Positions 54,762 through 58,453 of a DNA stretch of 58,453 bases are shown in pieces; the first letter of the stretch is position 1, and the number at the start of each line of letters is the position of its first letter. The stretch spans positions 1 through 58,453 of the IMG/VR virus record IMGVR_UViG_3300025141_000103. One strand, 5' to 3'. The notes beneath the pieces were generated by a model. That model saw only the letters and a list, made by a program, of their open reading frames with translations, made no database searches and was not told where the DNA came from. A program made the translations under genes and the position numbers. Source of the stretch: a virus (lineage: Duplodnaviria > Caudoviricetes).

Positions 54762-57700
54762 CTAAAACTTAAATGGTATAGCTGGTAAAGGTATATCTAC
54801 ATTTGGAACATTTATTTCAGATTTAAGTGCATCTATTTTAGCTCTAGCTTCTTTAATATCGTCTTCACCTGATTTTAGTTTAGCATATACACTTTCATCT
54901 ACACCTGCTATTCCTAATTCTTCAAAAAGATGTGGGAAATCATGTTTACTTGTATGTGAATATCCGTCTGGATTATCACTTGTAGGTTGTCCTCTATCAT
55001 ATGCCACTCTATTTGGTGCTAATGATGCTAAATCTGCTGGATCGTTTTTGAATGTTCCATATTTGTAATCACCCCTTAACCAATCTAAACCATAATGTTT
55101 ACCTGTAGTCTGTGGAACTTGTTTATCAATAACTCTCATATCTGCAGATATTTGAATTAGTTTTGGTAATCTTAAACCAGGTTTAATTTCCCAAGTAGAT
55201 TGTGTATCTACTGCATAGTTTAAACTCTGAAAAATCATTGGTTGTTTATCAAACATATCACCTAATGTAAAATTAAAAAATGGTGATACCATACGATTAT
55301 TTTCTATTTTAGGATATACCAACCCTCTTAAATAATTTAATTTTTCCCAAAGAGTAACTAATTCTTGAACTGATTTTGGCATCACCTTAAATGTAACATT
55401 AACATTTCTTGTAGCACCTTGATAAACATAAACCTTATCTGGTCTACCAATATATCTTTCTTCTGCATAATCAGGTGATGATGTATCAGAAACACTTTCA
55501 AGTATTGCTCTGAATATAATCCACTTACCATTCACCATATCTCTAAATTTAAATGGAACAAAATCTATGTTAGTATCGTTAATGTCGTCAGTTATAGTAC
55601 TTCCACCATATGGATGTAAATTTATTTTATCTTGTAATCCTGAAGAGTATTTACCATCAGTACTCATTCTTACAACACCCATTTCTTCATCAGCTATTGT
55701 TCTAGCAGGTGCACCTTGACTTCCAAGTCCTCTTACTACATCAGCTTTTTGAGCTGTATCTTCATATCTATTATCTTCACCAAGATTCCCATACGACAAC
55801 ATATTATATCTTTGTATTCTATTCCCTAATCTATCTTTAGAATCGTTAACGACATTATCAGGAAAGTTTATCTCTCTTGCTCCTCCTAATACTCCTTTTT
55901 TTGTATTTAACAAACCCTCAGTTTCAGTAGGGTCTACACCCCACTTTTCACCAGATGCAAAACCTGTTGCAATTGCAAATGGCTGTATTCCAAAAGGGTC
56001 ATTCCCAAGATTTATACCTAAAGAACCCTCTCTTGAAACAGCTACATCACTTACACCCACACCTCTAAAAGATACAGGACCATCAGGATTAAAATCGTTT
56101 TTACCCACAAAGACTGTTGTATATTTTTGAAGAGTAATATCCTCATACTTACCACTAACATCATATAGGTTACGTAACGCACCTTTAGTATCTTGAGCTG
56201 CACTTGGATTAGCTACTGTATAATATAGATTTGGTGTATCAAAAAAATTATGTGAGAAATCTGTATGGATTGAACCGTCAGTTTCTATACCAATTCCATA
56301 TCTTTGTCCGTTACTACCTATCCAATCAGGACGATCTACATTATCTTTACCAAAAGATTGTGCTGGAAGTTTTTTAAGAGCATCTGGTTGTGTCAATAAG
56401 TTTTTTAATCCTGCTTGAAACGCTGCTTTACCCTCATCAAAAGCAGCCATATCAAAACTCAATGAACCTTTAGATATATTAGCATTTAATCTAAACGATG
56501 GGAAAGCTGATGATACAGTTCTTGCGACAGCACCTAAATTTAATCCACCTTTACCACTAAACTTGGGAAAACCTATATCTATACCTTTTACAGCATTACT
56601 GAGTCCAGTAAATGGATTTCCAAAACTTGGTAAATTTACATCAGGTAATGATGGAAAATTTGGTAAGGGTGGTAAACTTATACTTGGTAATTTAATTCCA
56701 CCTAAAGCTGAAGCAACTCCTCCACCAATACCTTTTAAAAGGTTTGCTGTAGTATCTGCTAAACCACCTAATATATTTGCTATACCACTAAGATTTGGTG
56801 TTCGTGGTGTAGGAATATCTATTAAGAATGGAAACATCGATGTTAAACTAAACGATTTTCCTAATATTGGTTTTATTGAATCGCCCGATCCTATTGGAAT
56901 ATTTGATAGATTTGATTTAAAATTTGAATCACTAATGTTTGGAAAAATATCAGCTATACCATTTGCAGCTCCTTTTATAGCCGCACCTACTCCTGTTAAA
57001 ATATTACCTGGTTGGAAGTTTGGATTTAAACCAACCTGAGGAAATGCTACATCTATACCATCCATGAATTTCATTACACCATTTCCTGCATCAACGACAA
57101 AGTTACCAATATTTTTAAGTAGTTGAACACTTGGTGAACCTGCAGGTTGTAGATGTCTAACACCATGTGCACCTATTGCTAATGAATCAATTATTGATGT
57201 TGGTCTCCAAGTTCTTATATCACTACCTACTAATTCATCGACACTTGTACCTGGCTCAGTTCCTTTTACTACATTTTTAAATTTATCTTGACCAAAATTA
57301 AATCTTTGTTGTTTTGGTCCAGGTAGAGGTTGTTTTCCACCTAAAACATCACCAATCTTTTTTACTAAACTTCCACCTTGTGGAACTCCATCAACTCCAA
57401 GACCATTTGCATTCATCTTCTGTAGAATATTTTGTTTTATTACAAAACTAACACCTCTTGGTGTTAATAAAAACTTACCTAATCTTTGAACATCAGCTAC
57501 AGTTCTTGCAGCTTGAGTAACAGCACCTGCTCTTACTAATCCTAAATCTATTTTTCCTAAACCTCCTGGTCCCCATCTATCACCGATTCCTTTAAGAACA
57601 AATGGTTCATCAAAACCTAATCTACTATTATTTCTTGCACCTAATCGGTCACTACCTTTAAATGCTCTATCATAATAATCTTGTAATTTAGGTTCTGTGG

Positions 57701-57929
57701 TTTTGAATAAACTTGGTGTAACGAATGTAGTATCAAATTGAAATTTAAGTTCTTCACCTTGACGACTAAGAGCAGTAAATACTTTATTTTCTATTTGAAC
57801 TCTTGGTGGTGTAGGGAATGTTTTTGCTCCCGTAACAGTAGTTGCAGAATGGCCATCTTGAAAAGATTGTGGTGTTTGTTTTGAACCAACACCAATAGCT
57901 AAATTTGATTTCATATCTTTTAATGCCAT
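54762..57929 (-). CDS. Baseplate/tail-tube-initiator-like protein with a long low-complexity insert
   Basis: C-terminal FRAILESVSD...YIGRPDKVYVYQGATRNVNVTF...TLGD; located between tape measure and LysM genes. Confidence 0.55.
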   Translation of the reverse strand: MALKDMKSNLAIGVGSKQTPQSFQDGHSATTVTGAKTFPTPPRVQIENKVFTALSRQGEELKFQFDTTFVTPSLFKTTEPKLQDYYDRAFKGSDRLGARNNSRLGFDEPFVLKGIGDRWGPGGLGKIDLGLVRAGAVTQAARTVADVQRLGKFLLTPRGVSFVIKQNILQKMNANGLGVDGVPQGGSLVKKIGDVLGGKQPLPGPKQQRFNFGQDKFKNVVKGTEPGTSVDELVGSDIRTWRPTSIIDSLAIGAHGVRHLQPAGSPSVQLLKNIGNFVVDAGNGVMKFMDGIDVAFPQVGLNPNFQPGNILTGVGAAIKGAANGIADIFPNISDSNFKSNLSNIPIGSGDSIKPILGKSFSLTSMFPFLIDIPTPRTPNLSGIANILGGLADTTANLLKGIGGGVASALGGIKLPSISLPPLPNFPSLPDVNLPSFGNPFTGLSNAVKGIDIGFPKFSGKGGLNLGAVARTVSSAFPSFRLNANISKGSLSFDMAAFDEGKAAFQAGLKNLLTQPDALKKLPAQSFGKDNVDRPDWIGSNGQRYGIGIETDGSIHTDFSHNFFDTPNLYYTVANPSAAQDTKGALRNLYDVSGKYEDITLQKYTTVFVGKNDFNPDGPVSFRGVGVSDVAVSREGSLGINLGNDPFGIQPFAIATGFASGEKWGVDPTETEGLLNTKKGVLGGAREINFPDNVVNDSKDRLGNRIQRYNMLSYGNLGEDNRYEDTAQKADVVRGLGSQGAPARTIADEEMGVVRMSTDGKYSSGLQDKINLHPYGGSTITDDINDTNIDFVPFKFRDMVNGKWIIFRAILESVSDTSSPDYAEERYIGRPDKVYVYQGATRNVNVTFKVMPKSVQELVTLWEKLNYLRGLVYPKIENNRMVSPFFNFTLGDMFDKQPMIFQSLNYAVDTQSTWEIKPGLRLPKLIQISADMRVIDKQVPQTTGKHYGLDWLRGDYKYGTFKNDPADLASLAPNRVAYDRGQPTSDNPDGYSHTSKHDFPHLFEELGIAGVDESVYAKLKSGEDDIKEARAKIDALKSEINVPNVDIPLPAIPFKF

Positions 57930-58453
57930 TAATTTACTCCCTGATTTTGTACTGCTCTAACCATTTTTGCGTTACCTTCATTTACAGCACCTATTAACAT
58001 ATCCATTTTATCAGTTCCACCACCACCTGCTGGTGCTCCACCTGTTCTCATAGCTGATGTTATTCCACCACCTGTACCACTAACAGCCTTACCAAAAGCT
58101 GCTACATCTAATCCAACAGATTCAGCTACTTTTTTCCTTGTAATTGCATCCAAAGATTCAAATTCTGCTGCAGACATCATATTACTTATTTCACTCATAG
58201 CCCCTGCTATATCATTATTAAATACCAGTTCTCTTGCTTTTTCTAAGTTTAATTCTCTACCTAATAAAACCTCTGCTTCCATCTGTCTAGTTATTGAATC
58301 TTCAAAGTTTAATAGACTATCTGCTACTGAAGCTACATTGGATAATTCTAAACCTAACTTCTTAGCTGCTATTGCAGCTGCTGTTATATTTCCACCACCA
58401 TCTTTACCAAATTTTGCAAAAAGTTCTGTATTCTTTGCTACATCATTCATCAC
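57929..58453 (-). CDS. Tape measure protein, C-terminal part (5' end outside the window)
   Basis: Ala-rich helical sequence (AKKLGLEL...LLNFEDSI...LLGRELNLEKAREL) upstream of baseplate genes. Confidence 0.65.
   Translation of the reverse strand: MMNDVAKNTELFAKFGKDGGGNITAAAIAAKKLGLELSNVASVADSLLNFEDSITRQMEAEVLLGRELNLEKARELVFNNDIAGAMSEISNMMSAAEFESLDAITRKKVAESVGLDVAAFGKAVSGTGGGITSAMRTGGAPAGGGGTDKMDMLIGAVNEGNAKMVRAVQNQGVN

Noticed and set aside
2377-57039. All plus-strand track ORFs (e.g. 36566-36901, 47619-47939, 51641-52063, 56563-57039)
   Set aside because: They lie wholly or largely antisense to well-supported minus-strand genes and show no recognisable motifs.
1-58453. Stop-codon recoding, introns or inteins, tRNA genes, transposases
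   Set aside because: TAA, TAG and TGA all end full-length genes; PolB, NrdJ, helicase and UvsX have normal uninterrupted lengths; the few intergenic gaps show no cloverleaf; no transposase motifs seen.

Overview
This 58.5-kb window looks like part of a large, AT-rich (roughly 30-33% GC by eye) contractile-tailed dsDNA phage with T4-like replication genes. Essentially all real genes are on the minus strand, tightly packed with ATGA/TAATG overlaps and Shine-Dalgarno sites, in the standard genetic code. In transcription order (right to left): (1) the end of a tail/baseplate module (tape measure C-terminus, tube-initiator-like protein, LysM/tail-X, hub-like protein); (2) a short family-A polymerase and two probable head-packaged proteins, one ADP-ribosyltransferase-like; (3) a replication module (SSB, UvsX/RecA, 5'-3' exonuclease, helicase, class II RNR, family-B polymerase, sliding clamp, clamp loader, 5'-nucleotidase, Cas4-like nuclease) containing two Mom-like DNA-modification genes; (4) a ~22-kb glycan island with about 11 glycosyltransferase-like genes, NDP-sugar dehydrogenase, epimerases, an aminotransferase, a Gfo/Idh/MocA-FAD fusion and a kinase/ParB-like/nucleotidyltransferase fusion. 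Six SGNH-like 'GCS' paralogues are scattered across the window. Manual reading adds items missing from the ORF track: an ATA-initiated N-terminal extension of the B polymerase, a SLOG gene with no canonical start, a sixth SGNH paralogue and two small ORFs. It also shows two repeated bipartite promoter-like motifs. No tRNA, rRNA, CRISPR array or transposase was seen. All functional calls are by-eye motif recognition; no database search was run.
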